From: a virus
Length of the DNA stretch: 37,478 nt
Virus record (IMG/VR): IMGVR_UViG_3300045988_150188
Span: 1-37,478 of that record
Direction: 5' to 3' (one strand)
The position numbers and the translations under genes were made by a program. Shown here one piece after another: positions 1 to 7,800 of the stretch. Position 1 is the first letter of the stretch. Every line of letters starts with the position of its first letter. The notes under the pieces were generated by a model. It was given only the letters and a program-made list of their open reading frames with translations. It was not told where the DNA came from and made no database searches.

Positions 1-55
1 CCGGGCATGCGTGGCTGATGACGGTGCGTCCGCACATGGCGAGCCTCGATCCGAG
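1..55. repeat. 55-bp terminal direct repeat, identical to the 3' end of the window (circular closure overlap)
   Basis: Bases 1-55 (ccgggcatgcgtggctgatgacggtgcgtccgcacatggcgagcctcgatccgag) recur exactly at the last 55 bases. Confidence 0.9.
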
Positions 56-81
56 GTAATCGGCACCGACGTGGTCAGCGA

Positions 82-755
82 TCACTGCGACCCCTCCCTT
101 GCCTTGAGGCATTCGTTGTAGCATGTCTTGACCACATCGATGGGCCATGTGTCCATCTGGCCATGCTCGGTCGCGTAGCGTCCGATGATTCCCGCGATCT
201 CCATGTCCATGTCGGTCCATGCCCAGCGGGTCATGGTCTCGATGAGGATCCTGCGTTGCTTCTCGCGGGGGTCGGGCGTGGATGACTTCTTGGATGCGGT
301 CTTGATGCGGTCGGCCTCTGCGTAGATCTCCTCGTTGGTGTAGGAGTCGATGTCGTCGCGTGCGAGGGCGCCGATGTCGAACGCGGATTTGTAGAAATTT
401 TTGATCAGATTGGTGACGACCTTGCCGGTACCCTTGTCGCCGTTGTCCATGGCCTCGCCGAGGGTCTCGTACTCGATGACCTGTGTGGGGTCGTCGGCGT
501 TGATGATCCTGAACTTCGCGGACGCGTAGAAATGGACGGTCTTCTCGCCGGGGTTCTGGATCCTGTCGAGGTCGATGTCGCAGGGTCCGACGTGGATGAT
601 GCCGGCCTCGACGCATGCTGACCTCACTCTTGCGCGCATGGTGTCGATGGTGATCGACTTGTAGGTCGCGTTGGACAGGTCCTGCTCCCATGCCTGGGAT
701 CCGAGGATCTCGCATGCCTTGACGATGCGCTGACAGACGTTGAGGGTGTCGCTCA
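82..755 (-). CDS. hypothetical early protein (~224 aa)
   Basis: GTG start with GGAGGG SD and a 6-nt spacer. GTGA overlap with the upstream gene's stop. High-GC3 protein-like sequence; the N-terminal part of the table ORF 82..1050 is R-rich read-through. Confidence 0.6.
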
Positions 756-1094
756 CTGCGATCCCTCCTTGGTCTCGGGTATGTGTGTGTATATGTATGG
801 TGTGTGTGTGCGCACCAAATCGTGTCTGCCCTCGGCGACGAGGGCGAGTTTGATGGCGGGGATGTCGAGGATCAGGACGCCTTCTGCGTAGGGCGACTGC
901 TCTGCGTAGATCGATGCTTCGAGCGTCTTCCACATCCTGTCGAGGACGGGCTTCGAGACGATCGTGTCCGATGTCATCATGATCCTTGCGTACACCGTCC
1001 TGTTCAACGGACGGTTCGACTCCCTCGGATCGATCTCCAATCCGACCCACAACGCAGGGAGCACATCACGGGTCAGCGTCTTTTTTGCTGGCAT
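753..1094 (-). CDS. hypothetical protein (113 aa), first gene of the early operon
   Basis: ATG at 1094 preceded by AGAGG SD. Coherent ORF ending KEGSQ*. Contains a CA-repeat-encoded HTPYIYTH stretch. Confidence 0.55.
   Translation of the reverse strand: MPAKKTLTRDVLPALWVGLEIDPRESNRPLNRTVYARIMMTSDTIVSKPVLDRMWKTLEASIYAEQSPYAEGVLILDIPAIKLALVAEGRHDLVRTHTPYIYTHIPETKEGSQ
781..810. repeat. alternating (TG)n/TA low-complexity tract
   Basis: tgtgtgtgtatatgtatggtgtgtgtgtg. Resembles the inverted complement of the tract at 2193-2219. Confidence 0.6.
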
Positions 1095-1152
1095 TTTTCA
1101 ACCTCTCTTTCAGGCAAAAAACGCACTTTTTCGACGGATTTTCGATTAGGAT

Positions 1153-1170
1153 GTATTACACATGTAATAC
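1153..1170. promoter_or_regulatory. perfect 8-bp-arm inverted repeat GTATTACA-ca-TGTAATAC in AT-rich intergenic region (candidate operator or origin element)
   Basis: Seen directly in the sequence. It lies between a TATA-like element (~1232-1243) and the start of the first early gene. Confidence 0.5.
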
Positions 1171-1229
1171 CTCCGTTTGAAAAATGACGTCGAATCGCTT
1201 GGATTTTGCCTACTTTCCTAATCGTTCTT

Positions 1230-1245
1230 CTGATATATATAAGGC
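1230..1245 (-). promoter_or_regulatory. TATA-like element (tatatataag) upstream of the early operon
   Basis: AT-rich TATA box sequence in a 160-bp non-coding region. Orientation and function are inferred. Confidence 0.35.
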
Positions 1246-1255
1246 ACGATGCGGT

Positions 1256-2158
1256 TTATTCCGCCCTGATCGTGCCTCTCATGATCGCCGATAGTCCGTC
1301 CTGCGCCGCGTGCATCTTGCTCGGATCGGCGTGGACGTAGCACCGGAGCGTCGTCGTGATGTCGCTGTGGCGCATCAGGCGGCGGACGGTGTCCAGGTCG
1401 GCCTCGACGATGTTGACCAGCGTCGAAGCGTACAGTCTGCGGAGCGCATGAGTCGTGACCTTGATGCCGACACGCTCTCCGAGCGCATCCATCCACATAT
1501 AGATCCGGTTAGGGACGACTCCCGTCCATCTCCCGGCTCTCTGGACTTGGATCAATCTCGCGTCGGATCTCGGACCGTTGCCTTTCCATGCCCGGTACGT
1601 CCGGATCTCGTCGGCGACCATCGGAGGGATGTCCATGATCTGGACCAATCCGTTCCCGTGGCCTTTTCCGCGGATCGTCATCTTGTGCGCGCGGAGGTCG
1701 ATGTCGTCGTCCTCCAGTCCTGCGATCTCCGCTCTCCGGAGTCCCATCAATGCTCCGAGGACGAGGATCATCCTCTCGGTCGGCTCGGCCTCGTAGTACA
1801 GCCGTCCGTAATCCTCGACGGACAGCCACACGCGGTCGGGTTCGTAGCGGTTGCGGAGGATGTCCATCCTCTTGATCCAATGAGGGCATCCGAAAAAGTC
1901 GGACATCCTCGACAGATATCCGATCTCGCGGAACCGGACCTCGTCACTCTTGCTCTCGCCGAGTTTGTCGTACAGCCAATAGACATCGTCCTCGGTGATC
2001 TCCTCGATCCTTGTCGGCCTTCCGTCCTCGGACAGCGTCCGGAGGAGTCTCATGCAGACGCATCTCGTCTGCTTCAGCGTCAACGGCCTCCTCCCATGGA
2101 GGTCGAGATATGATATGTACTCGTACACTTGCGAGTAGTCGACAGTCGTCATGTGCAT
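1256..2158 (-). CDS. int: tyrosine recombinase / phage integrase (~300 aa)
   Basis: C-terminal catalytic motifs HALRRLYAS and RHSDITTTLRCYVH (R..H..R..Y). ATG at 2158 with GGGAGGAAAGAG SD; TAA stop. Residues upstream in the table ORF are junk. Confidence 0.85.
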   Translation of the reverse strand: MHMTTVDYSQVYEYISYLDLHGRRPLTLKQTRCVCMRLLRTLSEDGRPTRIEEITEDDVYWLYDKLGESKSDEVRFREIGYLSRMSDFFGCPHWIKRMDILRNRYEPDRVWLSVEDYGRLYYEAEPTERMILVLGALMGLRRAEIAGLEDDDIDLRAHKMTIRGKGHGNGLVQIMDIPPMVADEIRTYRAWKGNGPRSDARLIQVQRAGRWTGVVPNRIYMWMDALGERVGIKVTTHALRRLYASTLVNIVEADLDTVRRLMRHSDITTTLRCYVHADPSKMHAAQDGLSAIMRGTIRAE

Positions 2159-2192
2159 CTCTTTCCTCCCATCCCTTGGGGTTTTTCCGACG

Positions 2193-2219
2193 CACACACA
2201 CATATCACACATACATATC
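2193..2219. repeat. alternating (CA)n/TA tract upstream of integrase
   Basis: cacacacacatatcacacatacatat. Inverted relative to the 781-810 tract. Confidence 0.6.
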
Positions 2220-2233
2220 GCGATTTTAAGCAT

Positions 2234-2249
2234 CCGCTTATATATCGGT
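2234..2249 (-). promoter_or_regulatory. TATA-like box (gatatataag on the minus strand) about 80 nt upstream of the integrase start
   Basis: Sequence only; inferred. Confidence 0.35.
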
Positions 2250-2467
2250 AGCGTGTAGAGATATGCGGTGCAAATCGGGGTTCGGTCCTCGGGGGCGTCC
2301 GGTTGGATTTTGCCGTCTTTTTCGGGCGCCCGCACCCATGCACTCGGCATGTCAAATCTCTCTTGATCCCTGATGGGATCCCGGGGCCTGACTGGGGAGT
2401 AAGGCCCTGGTGTTCGTTTCATCTTGTGTATCTATGATTCTTCGACATCGGCTTAAAGCCATCGCCT

Positions 2468-2809
2468 TCAGAGCTCGATGGAGTACACTCCGAACCCCTG
2501 GTCGAGGTAGTACAGGCACTCAAGGGGTGCGGCCGCGTCGATGTCCTCTCCGACGACCTTCTCTCCGATCCTCGCGTACAGCCTCGTCGCGTCCTCGTTG
2601 TCCGGCGCGGTGTAAAGGGCGTCGAAGTCTCCGAGGATCTCGCGGATCGCGGCGGTTCCGATGCCCTGTCCGCGGAAGCCCTCGTCGACGTCGATGCGCT
2701 CCAGGTATGCGGAGCCGTCGTCGAGCTCCTGGACGATGGCGCGCACATGCTCGCCGGTGTAGGTCCTGAAGGTTCCCTCGTCCTCTTAGGTCTCGGTGGT
2801 GTAGTCCAT
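2468..2809 (-). pseudogene. GNAT acetyltransferase fragment interrupted by an in-frame TAA at codon 8
   Basis: ATG at 2809 with strong AAGGAGAG SD; MDYTTET then TAA (2786-2788). In-frame continuation EDEGTFRTY...FRGQGIGTAAIREIL carries GNAT motifs A and B. The N-terminal half of the fold is missing. Confidence 0.6.
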
Positions 2810-2842
2810 GTCTTTTCTCTCCTTGTTCCGGGTGTTCCCGTC

Positions 2843-2897
2843 TAATTACTATATGGCAATTCCAGTATATATAACTATTTACCAAATAGCAATTACT
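2843..2897 (-). promoter_or_regulatory. copy 1 of the ~55-bp TATA-rich direct repeat (promoter-like)
   Basis: aattactatatggcaattccagtatatataactatttac...atagcaattac is near-identical to 3975-4030. It sits immediately upstream of the GNAT ORF. Confidence 0.6.
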
Positions 2898-3099
2898 CTT
2901 TCCTCCGCCTCTGATCCGGCACTCCGACCTTGCGTCTGGCCTTGGCGAGGTAGGCCATCGCCGTGGTCGGCGTGACCTCCCGCCTGGCCATCCTCGACAT
3001 GCTCGCCGACATGGACGGAACATCCTCCCCGGAGTCCGTCAGGGCCATGGCGAGGGCCTCCATGGGCGATAGGCCGGAGTCGAGGATCAGGTGCGTCAT
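2893..3099 (-). CDS. small hypothetical protein (~68 aa)
   Basis: Coherent high-GC3 tail of table ORF 2893..3723 (MTHLILDSGLSPMEALAMAL...RRKE). Start ATG 3099 or GTG 3111. Confidence 0.45.
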   Translation of the reverse strand: MTHLILDSGLSPMEALAMALTDSGEDVPSMSASMSRMARREVTPTTAMAYLAKARRKVGVPDQRRRKE

Positions 3100-3131
3100 G
3101 GCGATGCGCACCTCGTCCTCGCTGGCCGTTC

Positions 3132-3641
3132 TCAATCCCTCCTGACCTCGACCGCGCTGTCGTAGGTGTCGTCGCCCATGCCGACGCGGACCGCGAAGCA
3201 TATGATGTCCTCGTCCTCCGGGATCTCGTCGCCGAAGCTGCGGTCGAGCCATATCTGCACGGTCTTCCCGGCGATCCTGACCTGCACGGTGTCGCCGTCG
3301 GGGTCGGTGACTCCTCCGACGATCTCCCCTGCCTCGAGGATCTGCTCGATGGTGTCCATCGTCGGCGCGCCGTTGCCGGGGCAGACGGTCTCGCCGAGTC
3401 CGTCCTCCCACACGCCGACGGGCGACTCGTCCTCGTCCAGCTTGATCCTGCACTCCTGCGAGTCCTCCACGGTGGCTGGGTGGACGTCCTGGCGGACGAT
3501 GAAGCCGTCGCGGTCCATCAGGACCGCGAAGCACTCCATGTCGCCGCCGACGCTCACCGCGACGACGACGCAGTCCTTGAGGATCCAGCAGTTCTGGCCC
3601 TCGATCAAATCCATCTTCTCTGCGATCTGCTCTCCGTTCAT
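3132..3641 (-). CDS. acidic hypothetical protein (~169 aa)
   Basis: ATG at 3641 with GGAGGAG SD. Protein-like throughout. Confidence 0.6.
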   Translation of the reverse strand: MNGEQIAEKMDLIEGQNCWILKDCVVVAVSVGGDMECFAVLMDRDGFIVRQDVHPATVEDSQECRIKLDEDESPVGVWEDGLGETVCPGNGAPTMDTIEQILEAGEIVGGVTDPDGDTVQVRIAGKTVQIWLDRSFGDEIPEDEDIICFAVRVGMGDDTYDSAVEVRRD

Positions 3642-3643
3642 CT

Positions 3644-3943
3644 TCACTCCTCCTCGTCTTCCTCGTCATCGGCCTCTGCGCAGGGTGTCCTCGCGCGGAT
3701 AAGGCCGCTCTCCTCGACGACATCCACGATCTCGTCGACCAACTGACCGTCCTCGTCGTACTCGCAGACGACGATCTCCCTTCCGCCGGTCTTGCGCTTG
3801 AGGTCGCTGCGGGTGCATCCGTCGAGGATCTCCAGCGCGGCCTTCTTCGCCTCCGCGAAGTTCGCGTAGGGTCCGGTCACATCTGTGTCCATGTCCGAGT
3901 AGCGGTCTTCGACCATCAGGATCCTCTTGTCTTTGTATGTCAT
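3644..3943 (-). CDS. hypothetical protein with poly-acidic C-terminus (~99 aa)
   Basis: ATG 3943 with AGAGGA SD and a 6-nt spacer. It lies directly downstream of 55-bp repeat copy 2. Confidence 0.55.
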   Translation of the reverse strand: MTYKDKRILMVEDRYSDMDTDVTGPYANFAEAKKAALEILDGCTRSDLKRKTGGREIVVCEYDEDGQLVDEIVDVVEESGLIRARTPCAEADDEEDEEE

Positions 3944-3974
3944 GTTCGGTCCTCTTGCAGGTCTCATTCCCTGC

Positions 3975-4030
3975 AATTACTATATGGCAATTCCAGTATA
4001 TATAACTATTTACTACATAGCAATTACAAA
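3975..4030 (-). promoter_or_regulatory. copy 2 of the ~55-bp TATA-rich direct repeat (promoter-like)
   Basis: Near-identical to 2843-2897. Upstream of the 3943 operon. Confidence 0.6.
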
Positions 4031-4084
4031 CATTCCACTTTACATCCGAATGAAAAGTTGTGAAAAATTCGGAGGACACGGCCC

Positions 4085-4165
4085 GGCACGCGTTCCATCT
4101 TGGGCCGTGATAAGGTCCCGGGAGGTCCAATCCCGGGTTGATGCCCCCCGTAGGGGGGGGAAGGG
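4085..4165. terminator. pair of GC-rich hairpins downstream of gene 4195-4709 (terminator-like)
   Basis: Hairpins CCCGGG-aggtccaat-CCCGGG and CCCCCC-gta-GGGGGGG. tRNA-like flavour but no cloverleaf. Confidence 0.4.
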
Positions 4166-4194
4166 GTTTGCTGTTCAGGTTTCCGGATTCCGGA

Positions 4195-4709
4195 TCACTG
4201 CTCGGGCTTCTTTGCCTCGGCTTCGAGGGCCTTGATCTTCGCGGCATCGCGAAACAAGTCCACGACCTCGGACGCCTTGGTTGCGCCTTTGATGCCGACG
4301 ACGACCGACCAGACGAGGGCGACGACGAAGCATCCCGCCAGATCGGGTTCCGCCTGGATCGACTCGTATATGATCCCGGGGAAAAGAAATGCCCCGACCA
4401 CGCCGAGGACGATGGTCCCGACGTATGCGGACATGTAATCCAGTCCGAATCCAGGGGCCTCCTTGATCTTGCCGGTGCGGAGGTCGCTTTTGATCTTGTC
4501 GTTGTATGTGGTCCTGGCCCTCAGGTAGGTCAGGAAAATAGTAACTACCAGCCCGGTGACCACGAGGATCGGGAGGTATTCGCTCGGTGTGAATAGCACA
4601 GTATCTGCTGCCATGATTATCCCTATCCAGATTGCGATGATGCCGAGCATGGCGGTGGAGGCCCTTACCTCCCAGAAAAGCCGAGAGGTGATGACATCCC
4701 CCAACCATG
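4195..4709 (-). CDS. multi-pass membrane protein (~171 aa)
   Basis: GTG start, GTGA overlap with the upstream stop, GGAGGAG SD. Several hydrophobic helices. Confidence 0.6.
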
Positions 4710-4715
4710 CAGCGA

Positions 4716-5849
4716 TCACTGCTCTTTCTCCTCCTCGGACTTCTTGACCGCGTTGGGTCCGCGTCCGATGACGATCTTGCCCTTGCGCTGGAGGACGACG
4801 AGTCCGGCGATTCCGACCAGGACGAGGGTTCCGAGTACGATGGCGAGGGTCGCCACGATGGGATCGGACAGTCCAGTGGGTTCGCTTGCGGGGGCCTCGA
4901 TAGCCTGGATCGTGGTGTCCTCGGTGATGACCTTGGCGAAATCGTAGTCCCATGCGACATACCCCTCGGGCAGCTGCGGGACGACGACGGTCTGGCCGTA
5001 GAGGACGGCGACGACGGTCTCGAAGGAGCCGGCGACGAACGTGACGTACACGTTCATCGGCTCCCACTTGGCGGTCAGGGTGGTGTCCTCGACGTATGCG
5101 TAGGTGGCAGGATCCACCTGCTCGACGCCGATGAACCACCCGAGGAAGGTGAATCCGGTGCGGTCTCCGAGATCGGGGACGACCAGATCGGAGACCTTGG
5201 TGATGTGGGTCTTGTCGCCGTCGATGAACGTGATCTTGTAGTCCACGACGTAGGCTGCGACATAGGTGACGTTGGCCTTCAGTTTACCGAGGTCGGCTGT
5301 CTTGATGACATCTCCGACTCCGTCGATCTGCCATCCAGCGAAGATCTTTCCGTCGATGACGGGTGCGACGGGTGCGAGTACTGCAAGGTCCTTGGCATCC
5401 GCCAGGGTTCCCTTGACGGTGTTGATGACCTTGTCGGCAACCTTGAAGGTGGCTGTGAACTCGGCATCGGACAGCTTTGCATCGAATGTGGTTGCGCCGG
5501 AGATCGACACAGTGGATCCGGGTGCGAAGGTCTGCTCTGCGAGGATCCATCCACCGAACGTCTTTCCATCAGGGAGGACTGCTCCGATCTCGGCCAGCGT
5601 CGGGAGGATGTAGGACCCCTGGCTGACCTGCTTGGAGTAGGACATCTCGCCGACGATAAACGTCACGGCATAAGTCGAGGTTTCGGGCGTGGGTGCGGGA
5701 TCGGAGGATCCCGTCTCTCCCGAAGCCCCCTCGGATCCCGCGCCCTCCGTGGTGGGGGTCGTCTCGGCGTCTACCTCGAAGGCGACGCCGGCGAAGACCG
5801 CGCACATTAGGATCGCGAAGATGCCGAAAGTTGCGATTTTTGAATTCAT
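4716..5849 (-). CDS. secreted, C-terminally anchored surface protein with three Listeria-Bacteroides (Flg_new) repeats (adhesin-like)
   Basis: Signal peptide MNSKIATFGIFAILMCAVFAG. Repeats Y.VTF..G.....P...G..F.GW......T..AKW. C-terminal TM helix plus basic tail. Confidence 0.75.
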   Translation of the reverse strand: MNSKIATFGIFAILMCAVFAGVAFEVDAETTPTTEGAGSEGASGETGSSDPAPTPETSTYAVTFIVGEMSYSKQVSQGSYILPTLAEIGAVLPDGKTFGGWILAEQTFAPGSTVSISGATTFDAKLSDAEFTATFKVADKVINTVKGTLADAKDLAVLAPVAPVIDGKIFAGWQIDGVGDVIKTADLGKLKANVTYVAAYVVDYKITFIDGDKTHITKVSDLVVPDLGDRTGFTFLGWFIGVEQVDPATYAYVEDTTLTAKWEPMNVYVTFVAGSFETVVAVLYGQTVVVPQLPEGYVAWDYDFAKVITEDTTIQAIEAPASEPTGLSDPIVATLAIVLGTLVLVGIAGLVVLQRKGKIVIGRGPNAVKKSEEEKEQ

Positions 5850-5853
5850 ATTC

Positions 5854-6480
5854 TCAACTCATCCGCGTGAGAGGGCCACGGATAAGAATGATTGAGTTTT
5901 TGGGGGTATATAAACTAAATCCGATATTCAGCGATCGGAGTCGGTTTCCTGCGTCCTCCGCATCCGTTTCGCCTGCCGATAGGCCCTCTTGATGCGCTTG
6001 GCTCCCGCCGGAGTCGTCGCATATCTGAGGAGCGCCTGCTCCGTCCTCGGCTTGGATCTGCGCTCGGCCATCGGACTCCCTCGACCGGATGTAGACACGG
6101 TTGACCGTGGTCTTGTAGTCCTCAACGGCCTGCGCGTAGCGGGGATCCTTGAGGCACATCTCGGAGATGATAGAGGTCTTGATGTCCGCGACCTTCTGGC
6201 GCGCCTCCCGGACCTCCGGGTCGCTCTTGACCGATGCTTCCATCACGGCCAGCAACTCCGCGTTCGCATCGTGTTTGGGCTGGGCTTCGAGGGTCTTGAC
6301 CTTGGCTTCCAGCTCGTCCATGCGCTTGATCAGATCCGGCAGATACACGCCTTTTTTCATCAGCTCGGAGAAGGCCGTGTAGTTGTCGGACTGCTGCTCG
6401 TAGGTCAGTCCCGGCGCCGATGCCGTCGCAGGGGACTGCATGCCCTGGAGGGCCTTCATGACGTTGCTGTACTGCTCCAT
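5854..6480 (-). CDS. hypothetical coiled-coil protein. The ORF has no stop before 5854, but coding signal fades near 6075.
   Basis: ATG 6480 with GAGGCGATAGG SD. MEQYSNVMKALQ...VYIRSRE is protein-like. The tail overlapping 5928-6071 looks non-coding. Confidence 0.5.
   Translation of the reverse strand: MEQYSNVMKALQGMQSPATASAPGLTYEQQSDNYTAFSELMKKGVYLPDLIKRMDELEAKVKTLEAQPKHDANAELLAVMEASVKSDPEVREARQKVADIKTSIISEMCLKDPRYAQAVEDYKTTVNRVYIRSRESDGRAQIQAEDGAGAPQICDDSGGSQAHQEGLSAGETDAEDAGNRLRSLNIGFSLYTPKNSIILIRGPLTRMS
5895..5921 (-). promoter_or_regulatory. variant copy of the conserved promoter motif (GGGGTATATAAACTAAATCC on the plus strand)
   Basis: Similar to the three exact copies. About 55 nt upstream of the ATG at 5849. 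Confidence 0.45.
5928..6071 (-). CDS. small highly basic protein (~47 aa)
   Basis: ATG 6071 with GAGGGAG SD. High GC3, whereas the overlapping frame loses coding signal here. Confidence 0.5.
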   Translation of the reverse strand: MAERRSKPRTEQALLRYATTPAGAKRIKRAYRQAKRMRRTQETDSDR

Positions 6481-6551
6481 CCTATCGCCTCTGTGTGGGG
6501 TTTGGAGGCCCCGCAGGGCCTCATATGTCCGGCATGGATGCGTCGGACAGG

Positions 6552-7247
6552 TCAGGAGAGCGATCCGGTGCCGGTGAACGCCGTGGCTCCGGCGGTTCCC
6601 TGAAAGCTGATGGCGTCCTTGTTCGCAATCGCGTTGAGGATCGCCAGCGTGTTGGCGTTGTCCCTCTGCTCGGACAGCTTGTCGCGGAGGGACTGAATCT
6701 CTCTCGCGTCCTCCCTGGACTTGATGGCGCAGAACTCGTTTGCGAGATACTGGTTCTGCGAGTTGATCAGGCTCTGGAGGAGGTTGTCCTGCGCCGATGC
6801 CGTGGACTGGATCAGGAAGCGCACGTCCTGGATGTCCTGTCTGGTCTGACAGCCCTGGCGCTCGATGTTGAGGTTGGTCTGGCAGCAGCAATCCTGGATC
6901 TTGCCCTGGATGTTGCAGCAACACGACTGGACCGCGTTGATGATCGATCCCTGGTTGACGGCGATCTGCTTGTCCACTCCCGCCAATGCGGCGGTTATCT
7001 GTCCCTGGGTGCAGTTGAGGGTCTGCGCCAGCTGGCTGATGGCCTCGCGGTTGCCTCCGATGGCGTCCAGCATGCGTGAGTAGTTGGCCTCGTTGACAAC
7101 GGTACGGTCTGCGCCTGCGACATCACGGTTCGCGCCTCCGAAGAATCCGGAACCGCCTCCGAATCCCATAATCAGGATCAGGAAAAGGATGACGAGCATA
7201 CCGCCGTCTCCGCCCCATGCGCCCTTTTCTTTGCAGTCGTTGAGCAT
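6552..7247 (-). CDS. membrane protein with a Gly-rich stretch and twin CCC motifs (alternative start 7199)
   Basis: TM helix MLVILFLILIMGF. Motif SCCCNIQGKIQDCCCQT. Coiled-coil rich in Q/N. Confidence 0.6.
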   Translation of the reverse strand: MLNDCKEKGAWGGDGGMLVILFLILIMGFGGGSGFFGGANRDVAGADRTVVNEANYSRMLDAIGGNREAISQLAQTLNCTQGQITAALAGVDKQIAVNQGSIINAVQSCCCNIQGKIQDCCCQTNLNIERQGCQTRQDIQDVRFLIQSTASAQDNLLQSLINSQNQYLANEFCAIKSREDAREIQSLRDKLSEQRDNANTLAILNAIANKDAISFQGTAGATAFTGTGSLS

Positions 7248-7352
7248 CTCTAGATGTGCTTGCACGCCCCGGCCTTGGAGTAGACGGCATCCAGATCCTT
7301 TTTGCAGTACGGACAGAAGCGCGGGATCTCCGCGATTCCGGACATGGTTTTG

Positions 7353-7380
7353 GAATCGCAGTATGTTCATATAAAGGAAA
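7353..7380 (-). promoter_or_regulatory. variant copy of the conserved promoter motif (CATATAAAGGAAATTCGG on the plus strand)
   Basis: Shares the GAAATTCGG tail with the consensus. Lies between a hairpin terminator and the 6552-7247 gene. Confidence 0.45.
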
Positions 7381-7408
7381 TTCGGAGGAGATGCGATCTC
7401 CTCCGGTT
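7372..7408 (-). terminator. 9-bp-stem hairpin (GGAGGAGAT-gcg-ATCTCCTCC) with flanking T tracts, directly after the stop at 7410
   Basis: Perfect inverted repeat seen in the sequence. ggttttcagggttttgtt is adjacent. Confidence 0.5.
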
Positions 7409-7409
7409 T

Positions 7410-7799
7410 TCAGGGTTTTGTTGGGTACTCAGGCCACTCGACCGTTATCGGGTAGCCCGCCTGAGACGGCACGGCATCGAGTGCGTCGAGATAGGCTTCG
7501 ATAGCCGTCGCTTTCGCCTCCCAATCTTTCGACGTGTCACCCTTGCGGATGGCCTTGAGAGCCGACAGATAGTCCTGTTCGATGGCCTTCTTCCTTCCCG
7601 CGATTTCACGACTGCGATACTTGATAAGGGCATCATTCGCCACGAGCGAATCCGTCTCAAGGTCATATCCCGTGCCTTCTGGGATATCATCGGGGACTTC
7701 GCGGAGGATTATATCTGGCGCATAACACTCGCTGGCTTCCTCAAGTGTGTTATATGGTATCATACAATAGACGATTCCATCCAATATCTGCACTATCAT
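7410..7799 (-). CDS. hypothetical protein (~129 aa) with AT-richer codon usage
   Basis: ATG 7799 with GGTGAG SD. GC3 is clearly lower than in the neighbours (compositional island). Confidence 0.55.
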   Translation of the reverse strand: MIVQILDGIVYCMIPYNTLEEASECYAPDIILREVPDDIPEGTGYDLETDSLVANDALIKYRSREIAGRKKAIEQDYLSALKAIRKGDTSKDWEAKATAIEAYLDALDAVPSQAGYPITVEWPEYPTKP

Positions 7800-7800
7800 T

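Noticed and set aside
2893-3723. Very long minus-strand table ORFs with Arg/Pro/His-rich N-termini (e.g. 2893-3723, 4175-4960, 10686-11717, 17569-19197, 20662-21483)
   Set aside because: Only alternative-frame read-throughs of real genes. Coding signal (GC3, SD-led starts) supports the shorter internal genes reported instead.
4085-4150. Possible tRNA gene
   Set aside because: No acceptor-stem pairing partner or canonical T-loop could be found on either strand. Only hairpins.
4707-5810. Long plus-strand ORFs (e.g. 4707-5810, 1310-2113, 21604-22572, 32497-33414)
   Set aside because: D/G/R/L-rich, low-complexity translations lying antisense to well-supported minus-strand genes. This is the typical high-GC antisense ORF artefact.
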